Below, piece by piece: positions 30,844-43,420 of a DNA stretch of 64,000 nt; within the stretch, counting starts at the first letter, position 1, and the number at the start of each line of letters is the position of its first letter. The notes beneath the pieces are model-generated. The model was not told where the DNA came from. It did no database searches and saw only the letters and a list, made by a program, of their open reading frames with translations. Made by a program: the position numbers and the translations under genes. This stretch comes from Candidatus Poribacteria bacterium (GTDB lineage Bacteria; Poribacteria; WGA-4E; PCPOR2b): NCBI GenBank assembly GCA_965218095.1, contig OZ244587.1, forward strand, positions 224,001 to 288,000. Direction: 5' to 3'.

Positions 30844-33800
30844 ATGAAACTCAACAGCAAGTTATTACTCACCATCATCGGTATCCTTTCCATCATCATT
30901 ATTGGTGGAGGGATTTACATCGCAACGCAGAACAAAACAACAACCCATTCAGCCACACCATTCAGAGCATCCAAAAGCCAGGCGGTCACACCCGCCAAAG
31001 GTGAAACGCTTAACTTCTCCGTGAAGTCGTTTTCGCCGCGAGGCAGAGTCTCCCAACGGCAAAATTTCACCATTACCTTTTCTCGGCCGATTGCCGATGT
31101 GTCGTTGATTAACACTGAATTGGACAGTTCACCCGTCACATTCACGCCGCAGATTCGCGGCAGATTTCGGTGGATTGGACAAGACCAGATCCGTTTCTTC
31201 CCAGAAGTTCCACTTTCTCCCTCCACAGAATATACCGCTGAAATCCTTCCGGAGATTAGCCCAGACCCACAACATTACAGGCTTACGGGCAAACGTGACC
31301 TTACCTTTTTCACCGAGCGTTTTTACGTCAAAAGCGCAAGACTCTCGTTTGAATTCAACACGCCAAAAAAGAGGCGGGCGAAGATCCTTGGGACGGTTGA
31401 TTTCAACTATGCGGTCAATCCTGCTGACTTGAAGGAATACCTCACCATTGCTTATGAAGGCGGCACGGAGATTCCGTGCCAAATCAAAACCACCGGTTCT
31501 AATTCGATTATCCGGTTGGAAACCGGAGAGGTCGCGCGAGGCGACAACGATCGGCGCATTCGGTTGCAAATCAAAAAAGACCTCAAGGGGGTCAACTGTC
31601 AACTTGGTCTTGAGAAGGATTACACCTCTCCGATTATCTTGAAAGGAAAAGGAAACCTGTACGTTCATAATGCGAACACGAGGCGCGGAGGCAGTGGAAG
31701 CTATATTCGTCTCTACCTCAGCACCCCTGTTGACTCAGAGGCGGCGAAGCCATATCTGACGATTGAGCCGGAAATCGATTATCAACTCACGGCAAACTAT
31801 CGCTACCTCAACATCCACGCTGATTTTAAGCCCGGCAATCGCTACACTGTAACTGTCAAGCAGGGCTTGCGGTCAGAGGATGATGCCGTCTTCAGACAGG
31901 ATTTTCTCGCACGTTTACCATCCCGGACCTTGAGCCGAGTCTCCGCTTTGTTGGCGATGGGTTCTTCCTCCCGAGAGATGGTGCCCTCAACCTCGGTTTG
32001 GGAACAACTAACGTCGACCACGTCAAGCTCGAAATCGAGAGAGTCGCCGCGGATAATCTAGTCTACCTCCTGACAAGTCAGAATTGGGACGAATGGACGG
32101 GGGAAGCGTTCATGGTTCGAGAGGAGCTCCAGATTGACCTAGTGCGAAATGAGGAGATTGCCATCTCGATTCCGCTGAAAGATTATCTCGCTGACGACCA
32201 GGCCGGCATTTTCCGGGGCACGGCTCGTGATGCAAACCATCGGTGGCGTCATGCGAACCTCCACTTGATGATTACTGACCTGGGCATCATGGCAAAAGAG
32301 ACGCGTGATGAACTATGGGTGTGGGTCAATTCGCTTTCGTCGCTCAAGCCGATCGCCAATGCAGAGGTCAAACTGATTACCCAGACCAACCACATCACCC
32401 ACAGTGGCACAACCGACGACGCCGGACTAGGTTCTGTTGACATTTCAACGGGGCCATATAAGAGTGGAGACAAAGCTGAGAAATCCAAAATAACGGACAG
32501 CTAGCTTCTCAAACCGAGAGAAGATACGACGATACCATTTTATCTTGTTGATGAAACATTCAACCCGATGTCTCTCTTTGTATAAGTGTTTGTCATACGT
32601 TCTTTGGTCAACACGATGACTTTTTGGCGGTATCACCGCAATCGCTCCATTCGCCTTGATAACCGCGATAAAAGCGTCCGAATCGTACCCCTTGTCTCCA
32701 ATCACATATTCACTGTTATATCCGATTATCAACCCGTCCGCCTCAGTTATGTCATGTCTCTGACCGGGTGTCAGATGAATTCTTAGGGGATTGCCTAGTC
32801 CGTTAACTGTGATGTGATTTTTTGTACTGAAACCGCCCCGAGACCGACCTAATGCTTGGTTTTCAGTGCCACCCTTTTTTTTAAGGCGCCCGCCGCACAC
32901 GGGAGATGGTACTGTCCACAATAAGCGACTCGATATCGGGGTCAGAGGCGAAGTGGTGGTGCATCTGTGTGAAGAACCTTTGTCGCACCATCGAGCAAAC
33001 CGTTTGTAGCGGGTGTTCCATTTGCCATAGGTGTCTGGTAGAAGTCTCCATTGAGCCCCACTACGAGTCACCCACAGAACCGCTTCGACGAAGCGGCGTG
33101 TAGCAGCTTCGTCGCCAACATAGATGGTGGGACAGCTTAGAAGAAACCGGTATATCTTATTCCATTGTTCATCAGGTAAGGTTATTGGCGTCATTCTTCT
33201 ATTATGCCACAACCTTATACTCAAATGTCAACAGAACCTAGTCAAGTTTGAAACCAAATCCAAGCCATTTCTCATCACCGCGTCAAAGGGGAATGATCTC
33301 GCATTCTTCCAGTTGAACCAGAGCCACATTTCAACGGCCGATTTCAATGTCACCGGCGCGCCGTATCCGGGCGAGGGTTACGATGCCTACATTTACCCTG
33401 ACCGCGGGGTCTATCGCCCCGGTGAGACCGCCAACCTCGTGAGCGTCGTGCGCGGAAAGAACAACGTCACACCGCCATCATTCCCGGTGCTGTTGCAGGT
33501 GCTGGGTCCTGATCAACGCATCATGCGGGAATTTCGCACCCAAATCAACGCGGAAGGCGCCGCCGAATTTAACATCTCGTTCCCGGTCTACGCGAAAACG
33601 GGCGGATACACGGCGAAGTTGCTCGTGGCGAAGGTTGAAATCGGACGGGCGACTTTCAACGTTGAGGAGTTCATGCCCGACCGAATCAAGGTGAAGGTTA
33701 AGACAGACAAACCGAGCTATGACCTCGCTGACGAAGCGACGATAAGCGTGGAAGTAGTGAACCTCTTCGGCCCACCGGCAGCAGGGCGAAAAGTAGTCGC

Positions 33801-36800
33801 TACGTGCGATATTGAGGCGGAAGCATTTTCACCTGAGAAATGGCGTTCGTTTAGTTTCTCCAACGAAGGTCTGATGTTTCAGCGACAGCGGATTGAACTC
33901 GGCGAATCGAAGACAGATGAAAATGGTAGGGCTACCTACACCGTCACTTTGCCGAAAGCCCTGAGACCGCCCTCATCGTTACGCGGTATCCTCACGGTGA
34001 CCGTTAGTGAACCGGGGGGAAGGGCAGTCAACGCGTACAAACGCATCACCGTTCACCCTTATTCGCACTACGTTGGCATCCGCCGAGCGGGTGAAGGCTA
34101 TGCCAATCCCGGCGAGGAGGTCAAGCTAGAGTACATCGCTCTTGATAAGGAAGGGAGCCCTGCGCCCGGACGAAGTTTGGCGCTCACCGCTTACAAGATT
34201 CACTGGAACACCATCCTCCGTCGTGACAATCGAGGCCGTTATCGATACATCTCCGAGCAGCAGGCGGTGAAGCTGAAAACCCATCAGTTGACCTCGTCGG
34301 ATAAGATTGAGACGTTCATCTTCACACCGACCAGCTATGGTGAATATCGCATTGAGGTTCGCGATGTGGCATTGACGGCGTCCGCTTCGACGACATTTCA
34401 TGCCACCGGTTGGGGCTACGCGCCGTGGGCAATGGCAAATCCAGACCACCTGGAAATTGACCTCGACAAAGCATCGTACCAGCCGGGTGATGTTGCGAAG
34501 GCACAGATCAAAGCCCCCTTCCCCGGTAAGTTGCTGTTGACAATTGAACAGGACACTGTGTGTGAGCATCGAGTTGTCACAATGAAGGAGAACACAGCTA
34601 TGATTGACATCCCCATCAAGGCGGAATACAAGCCCAATACCTACATCTCCGGCAGCCTCATCCGCTCGACGAAATCGTTGGAGAAACACGCCCCTGCGCG
34701 AGCCTTCGGTGTTTCACCGTTGAAGATCGACGCAGAAAGCAACCGACTTGCGGTCGAGCTCGACACGCCGGAGACCATCCGTCCAAACCGTGAAGTTGAG
34801 ATTTCCTTCCGTGTGGCCCCCCTTCCTCCCCTCAAAGTTGGGGGGAATAAAGAGGGGTATCACGTCACGGTTGCAGCGGTTGATGAGGGGATTCTGCAAT
34901 TGACTAACTTCCGGATGCCTGACCCGCACAAGCATTTCTTCCGACAACGGCGGCTTGGCGTCGATACCTACGACCTCTATTCTGCGATTCTGCCAGAAGT
35001 CGAAGACACCGCCAGAAGGAAGTCAAGCACCGGCGGTGACGGGGTCGAGGCGGGGCGCAAAAGGCGTTTGAGCACCGTTAGTGTGACACGGGTCAAGCCA
35101 GTTTCGCTCTGGTCTGGGATTGTCCAAACCGATAACGCTGGTCGCGGGGTTGTTCGGTTCAACGTGCCGCAGTTCAATGGTTGACTGCGGGTGATGGCGG
35201 TCGCTTTCGCGGGAGACCACTTCGGCACCGCAGAGAAGTTCGTCACTGTCCGCGATCCGATTGTCCTGACGCCGACCTTCCCTCGCTTCATCTCCGGCGG
35301 TGACCAATTCAAAGTGCCTGTCAGTGTGTTCAACGGCACGGGAAAACCGGGCGACTTTGAGATCGAACTGAGCAAAGTAGGGTTTGTCGAAATCACAGAC
35401 GAAAGCGTGCAGACCGTGAGCCTTGAAGTCGGACAGGAGAAACAGATCTTCTTCGACGTTGCTGCTTATAATGGCATCGGAAAAGTCACGTTTAACCTCG
35501 CTGCATTGGGGAATGACGAGAGCGCCATGATGGCCGCAAACCTTCCGCTTCGGCCCGCTGCGCCGCCTGTGACGAAGACGGGCATCGGCGTCGTGAAGGA
35601 AGGGGAGGCGGCGGATTTTATCTTCCCATCAAACTACATCGAAGGAACAGATGGCTTTAACCTCTCGATTTCGTCGTTCCCGGCGATTAAGTTTGCAGGA
35701 GGGATTTCGTATCTCCTGCGGTATCCATATGGATGAATAGAGCAAACTACATCGGGAGTTTTCCCGTTGCTCGCTTTTGATGACATTACCGAATCCATTG
35801 ACCCCGAATTCTTCCAGAAGGGCAAAGCCGATTACTTCATCAATGAAGGTATCGCCAAGCTGGAGAGCATGCTGCTGCCGTCTAACCATTTCGCTTTTTG
35901 GCCCGGCGGGACGTACTCTCTTACTTGGGGCAGTATCTATGGCGCACACTTCCTCGTCGAAGCGCGAAAGGCAGGCTATCAGGTCTCCGATCGGGTCTAC
36001 AACGCAATGATTGAAGGTCTCAAGGAGACCGCGAGGCAGAGTACAGGCGGTGGACGTGCGCCGCATGAACCGCAGCCGTGGGGCGGAAGTTATGAGACGC
36101 AGCAAATCGCTTACGCCATCTATGTCCTCGCGGCGGCTGGACACCCTGACAAGAGTACGATGCTCTACCTGAAAAACGAGCGTCTGAACGACCTCGCTGA
36201 TTACAGCCGATTCCAACTCGCAGGCGCCTTCGCGCTCTCCGGTGACCTGAACACTGCGCTCTCGCTGCTGCCTTCGACGATTAGCCCACGCATTAACAAT
36301 CGGCGCGAATCCGGCGGTAACTTCAATTCCTCCGCCCGGGCGCAAGCAATCATGCTCGACATGCTGGCGGAGGTGCACGCCGAGCATCCATCGGTTCCGA
36401 CGCTGGTCAAAAATCTCACCAACGCCGCGTCGGGTAGCGGTCGCTGGTACACGACGCAGGAGAACGCCTTCGCGTTTCTCGCACTCGGCAAGATGCTCAA
36501 AAAACAGATCAATACCCAATACACCGGCACAATCATGGTGGACGGGAAAAAGTTCACCGACTTCGATTCGACTGAGCATCAATATTCCAGCGAAGATTGG
36601 AGTGGAAAACGGATACAGTTGAGCATCGAAGGCGCCGGAACCGCTTACTACTACTGGACTGCTTTCGGCATTGAGACCGGTTCGTTCATCCCAACCTGCG
36701 ATAAGGATTTGCAGGTACGACGCCGCTTCCGCACGGAAGATGGTGCTCCGGTCACCAACGGTGAGTTCAAGCACGGTGGCCTGTTTGTCGCAGAGATCGC

Positions 36801-37128
36801 CGTCAAACCGTTGACCGAAGATTTGGAGAACGTCGCTGTTGTTGACATGCTGCCCGCAGGGTTTGAGATTGAGAACCCGCGTCTGGAGTCTCGCGCCGGG
36901 ATTCCGTGGATCGCCGACAGGAGCTTCAAGCCAAACCACATGGACATCCGCGATGACCGGATCATCTTCTTCGGGAAGTTTTAGCGAAATCGTGAGCAGA
37001 AGATCTACTACGCCCTCCGCGCTGTCACGCGAGGTGAGTTTACGCTTCCGCCGGTTTCCGCCGAAGCGATGTATGATCCGGCGAAGTCGTCGGTGGCGTC
37101 AAGTGGGAAGATCAAGGTGGTCGAGTGA
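30844..37128 (+). pseudogene. Bacterial alpha-2-macroglobulin (YfhM-like), disrupted
   Basis: DRGVYRPGE, EEFMPDR, VAAVDEGILQ, YPYG*IEQT, YTTQENAF, DMLPAGFEIEN, DIRDDR, AEAMYDP; frameshift ~31905, IS5 insertion, stops at 35182, 35734, 36982. Confidence 0.93.
32430..33238 (-). mobile_element. IS5-family element inserted in the A2M gene
   Basis: Same TIRs as copy 1; TA duplication (32428-32429, 33239-33240); removal restores GGA CTA GTC AAG (G-L-V-K). Confidence 0.95.
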
Positions 37129-37227
37129 AGCATAAAACGTAAAACGTGAAACATAAAGCAATCACTCTTGAACTAGCAGATAGAATGATGATATAATTGA
37201 ACGCGACAGCGCAACAAATCCAGACTT

Positions 37228-37343
37228 TTATGAATTCTCCATAAGGATAGTGCATTACGTTGTAGTAGCAACTTCAGTCGCTGTCATCAGCGCTTAAAAT
37301 CGCTACTACGGTTTAATGCACAATTTGAAAAGAGAATTGGTAT
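37228..37343. mobile_element. MITE-like element enclosing a GTAG REP doublet
   Basis: AATTCTC..GTGCATTA / TAATGCAC..GAGAATTGGTAT arms around gtagtagcaacttcagtcgct...agcgcttaaaatcgctactac. Confidence 0.55.
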
Positions 37344-37406
37344 TCTATGGACGAATATCTATGCTTCAGCGCCAATAAGGAGACCGGCCCGATAGGCCTC
37401 TTGTTA

Positions 37407-37900
37407 TGAACCCCATTTTCGTCTCGCTTGTTTTTCTACTTGCAAACGTGGTAATCTTGCTGCTGATCCTGGTTCTGAATCGGTTGCCTGGAACCAGACA
37501 CAGTTAGCCAACCCTGCCACCACAGGAAATCTCAGGGCAGAACACCCTAAACGCATCTGATATTCTCGGCTGGGAGTTTGAGTGCGCCCGCACTACGTCC
37601 AGCGAGGGCGCGACCGGCATACCATGATCGACTTCTATCTGTTGGCCATGGGTATCGTCGCGGCAGGGGTTGTCAACGTCCTAAAAACGGATGGTGATGC
37701 CCTGCCGGTCATCGGAACCGTGCTCCTGTGGCTACTGTGTGTCGTCGGGTGGCTCTATTTTTTTGAAGATCATTTATCTACGCCGGGCGTGGTATGACAG
37801 CGCTCAAGCGATGAACCAGATTAAGGAATTCTACATTCAGCATGCAGAAGGATTCGGCGCTGATGTCTTGCGCACGGCCTTCGCTGACCGTTTGGACAAA
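37407..37900 (+). pseudogene. Fragmented hypothetical membrane protein
   Basis: Coding-like fragments (DILGWEFE..., LRRAWYDSAQAMNQIKEFY) in shifting frames. Confidence 0.45.
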
Positions 37901-37999
37901 TGTGGCAGCAACAGCATTCAGGGCGCCAGTGGAATCCGGGGAATTGTTCTGGTGGCTACCGCTAGGTCGAATAGGGATTTTTGCTTTCCGCCTCACCGC

Positions 38000-38762
38000 A
38001 ATTGACCAAGCCAACCATGAGAGCAAAAGTATCGTCACCGTCAATGTTTTGGCTCCTATGAAAAGGAAAGATGGCGGACTCTCCAGTTCATCGGACGGTG
38101 AGGCGTCTCTCTACGTCCCACCCAACAGCCTCCCCCAAGACACGATCATCACCATTAACCCCGTTCCCGAAGACAGAATTCAGCCGCACCCCAACAATTT
38201 GGGAATTGCTTACGATCTTGCGCCGGCAGATCGCCAATTCAACAAAATCAAGCCCGCGACCCTCACCATCTCCTATCGGGGCGGCCATACCAGAAGGGAA
38301 ACAGGTCATGATCTTCAGGTGAGAAACGGATGCATGGAAGGCGCTTGGTGGCGCCGTAGACGGTAAAGCCGAGACGGTTTCCACCGCCGTCGGTCAGTTG
38401 GGGCGTTTCGCCCTGATGGCGGTGGATGCCCCAAGGGCAGACGACGGAGCAAAAATTGCCAAAGGTAGCTTGACCTGTCAGCCCCGTGCGTTTTCCCCAC
38501 GGGGTGGGACTTTCAGCACGCGCGCAACTATCTCGTTTACACTGGACAGTCCCGCTTCCGCCACCGTCACCGTTACGGTCTACACCGTCGCCGGTGGGTG
38601 AAGCTGATTGCCCATGAACGGCTGCTGTCCAACGGAACCAACGCCTTTACGTGGGACGGCAAGGACGACAACGGCGACATCGTGCCGACAGGATTGTACA
38701 TCGTCGTCGTCCAAGTCGGTCAAAGCACCGAGACGAAGGTTGTGAGCGTACATAATCGATAG
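38000..38762 (+). pseudogene. 3' remnant of a secreted protein with FlgD-Ig-like C-terminal domain
   Basis: PRAFSP...ATISFTL...VYTVAG and WDGKDDNGDIVPTGLYIVVV; several frameshifts. Confidence 0.65.
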
Positions 38763-38776
38763 AAAGAGGAACGAAA

Positions 38777-41246
38777 ATGATCTACATCCTCCATTCCAAA
38801 CAGATCCGTTTTTTCCTTTATACCCTTTTAGGAACAGTGCTTCTTCTTGCGCTGCTGTTCATGATTGGCAATTGGCTGTTCCCCCTGCCGGTCGAAAAAC
38901 TCTATCAACCACCATCAACGCTGGTGCTCGATCGGGATGGTGAATGGCTCAGAGCCTTTACCGCACCGGACGATTCTTGGCGCATTCCCGAACCGTCGTT
39001 GAATGAAATCTCGCCGAAGCTGCAAACCGCCGTACTGACGTATGAGGATCAATGGTTCTACCACCACTTGGGGATCAATCCGATCTCAATCATCCAGGCG
39101 GGGTTCGACAACATCAAGGCAAAACGGGTTGTCCGGGGCGGATCGACCATCACGATGCAGGTAGCGCGGATGATGGAGCCGAAAGATCGCTCCGTGCCGA
39201 ACAAACTGATCGAGATGTTCCGTGCCATCCAGCTTGAACTTACCTGCTCCAAAGACGAAATCCTCACGCTCTACTTCAACAAACCGCAGAACCGCCTCAG
39301 CTTAGGTGAGGCCGCCTTGCTCGCTGCCATCCCCAATTCACCGACGCTGCTGCGTCCAGACCTCCACTCCGAAAACGCACGGAGTGCACGTGAGAAGGTC
39401 TTGAGACGCTTGCTCAAACATGGGAAGATCAATGAGCAGGAGTTTCAGGAAGCTGCCAGTGAGCCAATTCCTACAAAGCGGTACCCGATGCCGTTCAAGG
39501 CACCGCACCTCACTCGTTTGCTCAGACAGACGTATCTAGACTTCTCCTTTCGCAATTTAGCTTCTCTCCTCTCTCCTCTCAGGCCTACTCCCTTCTCCTC
39601 GCAGAGCCTGCCCCGATTCATCGGGGGGAGGGGCCGGGGGAGAGATCGGGCGAATTCACTCGACCATCAACGCTGAAATTCAGGAGCTATCGGCGTGCAT
39701 CCTGCGGGAGCATCTCGCCCCGTTGCGACGTGAAGGCGTCTCAACGGGCGCGATTGTGGTGATGGATACCAAGAGCCGCGAGGTCCTGGCGATGGTCGGC
39801 TCTTACGGTTTCTTTGATCGGACCGGCAAAGGGCAGGTCAACGGCGCGACTGCACCGCGCTCGCCGGGGTCAGCGCTCAAGCCTTTTATCTACGCGCTCG
39901 CCTTGGATCGGGGATTCATTACCCCCGAAAGCCCGCTGCACGATGTCCCCGTCGATTACTCAGGATACAGCCCCGTCAATTATGATGGGGAGCATCGTGG
40001 CTATCTCACGGCGCGGGAGGCGTTGGCGCACTTACTCAATGTGCCCGCCGTGAACCTGTATGCCCAATTGGGAAATGATGGCATCTACTCGTTTCTCAAA
40101 CGCGCGGGGGGCTCTACGCTGTCTGAGTCAAGAGCACACTACGGATTAACGCTGATATTGGGTGGATGCGAGGTCACACTGCTGGAACTGACGACGCTTT
40201 ATGCGGGGCTCGCCAATTTTGGAAAATTTGCGCCCTACCGATTGACAAAAAGGCAAGGAGACGGAAGGGAAGAATGGAAGGAAAGGAAGGACGGAAGTAA
40301 GGGAAGGACGGAAGGATCGAACCATAATACGCAATACGCAATACGCAATACACAATTCAAACAACTCCTGAGCAAAGAAGCCTGTTTCATTCTCACCGAA
40401 ATGCTGACGGAAGTCCGACGCCCTGATCTGCCTGCTGCCTTTGAAGCGTCGATTAACCTTCCGAAAGTCGCATGGAAGACGGGGACTTCCTACGGACACA
40501 GAGACGCCTGGAGCGTTGGTTATACCCCTAAGTACACAATCGGGGTTTGGGCAGGCAATTTTGACGGACGTGGCGCCCCATCCCTCGTCGGATCCGAAGT
40601 CGCCGCGCCGATTCTGTGCGCACTATTCAACGCTCTGATGACCCCTACCACAAACCGATGGTTTACACGTCCCTATCAAGTGCAGACGCGCAAAGTGTGT
40701 GCGTTAAGCGGCATGCCGCTATCGGCTCACTGTCCGACCGCCAAAATCGATTCCTACATCCCCAGTGTCTCCCCCAACACGCCCTGTTCGAGACACAAAC
40801 TGATCACCATCGATGATCAAACCGGGACAACCCTCTGCTCACATTGTCGGATCGGACGGACTTATCAACGGGTTATCTTTGAGGAGTGGCCTGCGGAAAT
40901 CGCCACATGGTTGAACAGAAACGGCTTCGCGATTCAACCCATTCCCCCACACAACCCAGATTGCTCTGGCGTTGTTGCTAGACAGGGGCCCATCATTCGC
41001 TCGCTGTCAGGAGATAGCGAATATCATATACGGGCGGGTGTACCGCTTGCATATCAAAAGATCCTTTTAGAAGCATCTGTGTCCAATCGAACGAAGGAGA
41101 TCTTCTGGTTTGTTGATGGGCAGTTGATTTTTAAGGGGGATCCCACCGAGCCGGTGTTTCTCACGCCCATTGCGGGGAAGCACCTGCTGACCTGCGTTGA
41201 TGATGAGGGGCGTTCAACGAGCCGGACGCTTGCTATCAAGGGTTAG
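38777..41246 (+). pseudogene. pbpC: Penicillin-binding protein 1C, frameshifted and internally deleted
   Basis: EDQWFY, GGSTITMQVAR, SPGSALKPF, KTGTSYG, C-terminal PBP1C domain; frame break ~39650-39720; genomic link to A2M. Confidence 0.9.
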
Positions 41247-41328
41247 CCGTACCTCATTCCCTCGCAACAATACCATTATCACGAAGGCCAGTGTGCGCCA
41301 ACACCCAAAATTTGAAGGAGGGCATTTA

Positions 41329-42105
41329 ATACGCAAGGAAGTTTACGGCATTCATCATGTCACTGCGATTGCAGGTGACCCGCAAGCCAATGTTGACTTC
41401 TATGCTGGCAGTTTGGGCTTGCGAATGGTCAAGAAGACAGTCAATTTCGATAATCCGGGGACATATCACTTTTATTACGGCGACGAATACGGCAATCCGG
41501 AGACAATTCTCCCCTTTTTCCCGTCGACTGGGCGGGTGCCTAAAGGTCGCGCTGGCAATGGACAATTGACCATCATTTCGTTCTCAATTCCAGAAAATGC
41601 GATAAGCTACTGGACGGAACGCCTGAAAAAGTTGGATATTGATTTCACGGGACCTTATACCTGTTTCGATGAAGAAGTGATTGGTTTTCATGATCGGGAC
41701 GGGATTGAATTGGAGTTAGTCGGTTCAGCAGCGGATTCGCGGAAGGAGTGGGAGAATGGGGTGATTTCCCCCGAACATGCGATTCGCGGATGTTCAACGT
41801 ACTGCTCTCCGAAGAAGACTACGACCGAACCACCGATTTGATGATGACAACACTCGGTTTTCGTTTGGTAAAAAAGAAGGGCAATCGATTTCGCTACGAA
41901 TCCGGCGAAGGCGGCATCGGCACTTATGTCGATTTACTGTGTCAACCGTCGGGGCATTCTGGGCAGATGGGCGTTGGCGCAGTCCATCATGTCGTCTAGC
42001 GCACAGAGAACAATAACACACAACGTGAGTTGCGACGAGAATTGGCACAGCAGGGCTACAATGTCAGTCTATTCATGGATCGGACCTACTTTCATTCGAT
42101 GGGCT
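41329..42105 (+). pseudogene. Ring-cleaving dioxygenase/glyoxalase (MhqO-like)
   Basis: GIHHVTAI, VKKTVNFDNPGTYHFYYGD, GAVHHVV*R, DRTYFHS; ATA at the start position after AGGAGG; frameshifts and truncation. Confidence 0.85.
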
Positions 42106-42184
42106 AATGTCACCGCCGTGGTTAGAGAAAGAACGTGCATCCCTTGAGCAGATCTCGTCATCAATCACCATGCCAACTTTTTCC

Positions 42185-42237
42185 TTGACGCCTTAACTTG
42201 TGTATAGTATATTAAAGGCATCTATACATTATGTTAG
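42185..42237 (+). promoter_or_regulatory. lexA promoter with candidate operator
   Basis: TTGACG -17 bp- TATATT; TGTATAG-N14-CTATACA inverted repeat straddling the -10 element. Confidence 0.55.
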
Positions 42238-42246
42238 GAGAAAATC

Positions 42247-42855
42247 GTGCGAAAACCATTGACGAAAAAACAGGAACGGATATTTGAATTCGTTCGGAAT
42301 CATTTGCAAGATACAGGCTATCCGCCAACCGTCCGTGAAATCGGGACATCGTTCGGAATTTCTGAGAAGGGCGCCCATGATCACCTGAATGCGATTGAAA
42401 AGAAAGGCTACATACGGCGCAGCCCCAAAAAACCGCGCGCCATCGAAATCTTGGAATTTGTGCCGAAAAAGCTGCCGCAAGCAGCAATTGAGGTGCCAAT
42501 CGTTGGACGAGTTGCCGCCGGTGAACCCCTATTGGCTTCCCAGAATATTGAGGGAACTTTACCCCTTCCGCGGGAGGTCGTCAAGGACGATACCTGTTTT
42601 GCTTTGCGTATCAAAGGGGAAAGTATGATTGAAGCGGGCATCTTTGAGCGCGATCTCGTAATCGTGAGATTACAAAATTACGCGGATGCCGGAGATATTG
42701 TTGTCGCGTTGCTCGGTGAGGAGGCAACGGTGAAGCGATTCTTCCGTGATGGTACGAAGATTCGCCTTCAACCTGAAAACGGCGCTATGTCTCCGATGAT
42801 TGTCGATGATGCGCAGATTTTGGGAAAGGTTGTTGGGCTTTTCCGCAAGATGTAG
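42247..42855 (+). CDS. lexA: SOS repressor LexA
   Basis: GYPPTVREI wHTH, VAAGEP cleavage site, GESM (Ser) and TVKR (Lys) dyad. Confidence 0.97.
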   Translation: MRKPLTKKQERIFEFVRNHLQDTGYPPTVREIGTSFGISEKGAHDHLNAIEKKGYIRRSPKKPRAIEILEFVPKKLPQAAIEVPIVGRVAAGEPLLASQNIEGTLPLPREVVKDDTCFALRIKGESMIEAGIFERDLVIVRLQNYADAGDIVVALLGEEATVKRFFRDGTKIRLQPENGAMSPMIVDDAQILGKVVGLFRKM

Positions 42856-42981
42856 GCACTGGAGCTCACTTCAATTTCTTGCTTATACCCGTTCTAAATT
42901 CAAATCGCGCATTCAAATGTCCCTCTGTGCCCCGCCGATAAATCTATGAGAAATCTGTTTTCAAGCAGCCTTTTGCACTAG

Positions 42982-43420
42982 CGGAGGGAGATCCTTCGGG
43001 CTTTTCGGGAAGTCCAACACACGACGACATCAGCCGTTACGCTTGAGGGGATAGAATCTGGGACAATTCGGATCCGGTTTGACAAGCGATTATCGAAAGC
43101 AGGTCTTGCAACGGATGAGAGAATAATTGTCAATCGAACGATGAATTTAGATGACATTCTTGCAACGATTGTCCATGAAGGGCGTCATCGTTTGGATCTG
43201 GCATCCGGCTTGATTCCACTGGCAAGTCAAGTGACGACTGAACAACGACCATGCTGCTGAATTTGCAAAGCTCAATAGCTTGACAAGGTCTGCTGCATTT
43301 GTTCATTCGCAGATGCATCCCGCCTAGTTGCTGGAGAGTCTCATTCAAACATCTTCTTATGGCTTTGGGCAGATTTCTGATGATGTATTCAGCCGGGTTC
43401 TCAAGGGGGTATGGAAATGA
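42982..43420 (+). pseudogene. Remnant of an HEXXH metallopeptidase-like (toxin-type) domain
   Basis: DDILATIVHEGRHRLD (HEGRH at 43174-43188); no start, frameshifts; final TGA overlaps the next ATG. Confidence 0.45.

Noticed and set aside
35629-36939. 436-aa minus-strand ORF and similar antisense ORFs
   Set aside because: Shadow of the A2M coding frame; no recognisable motifs
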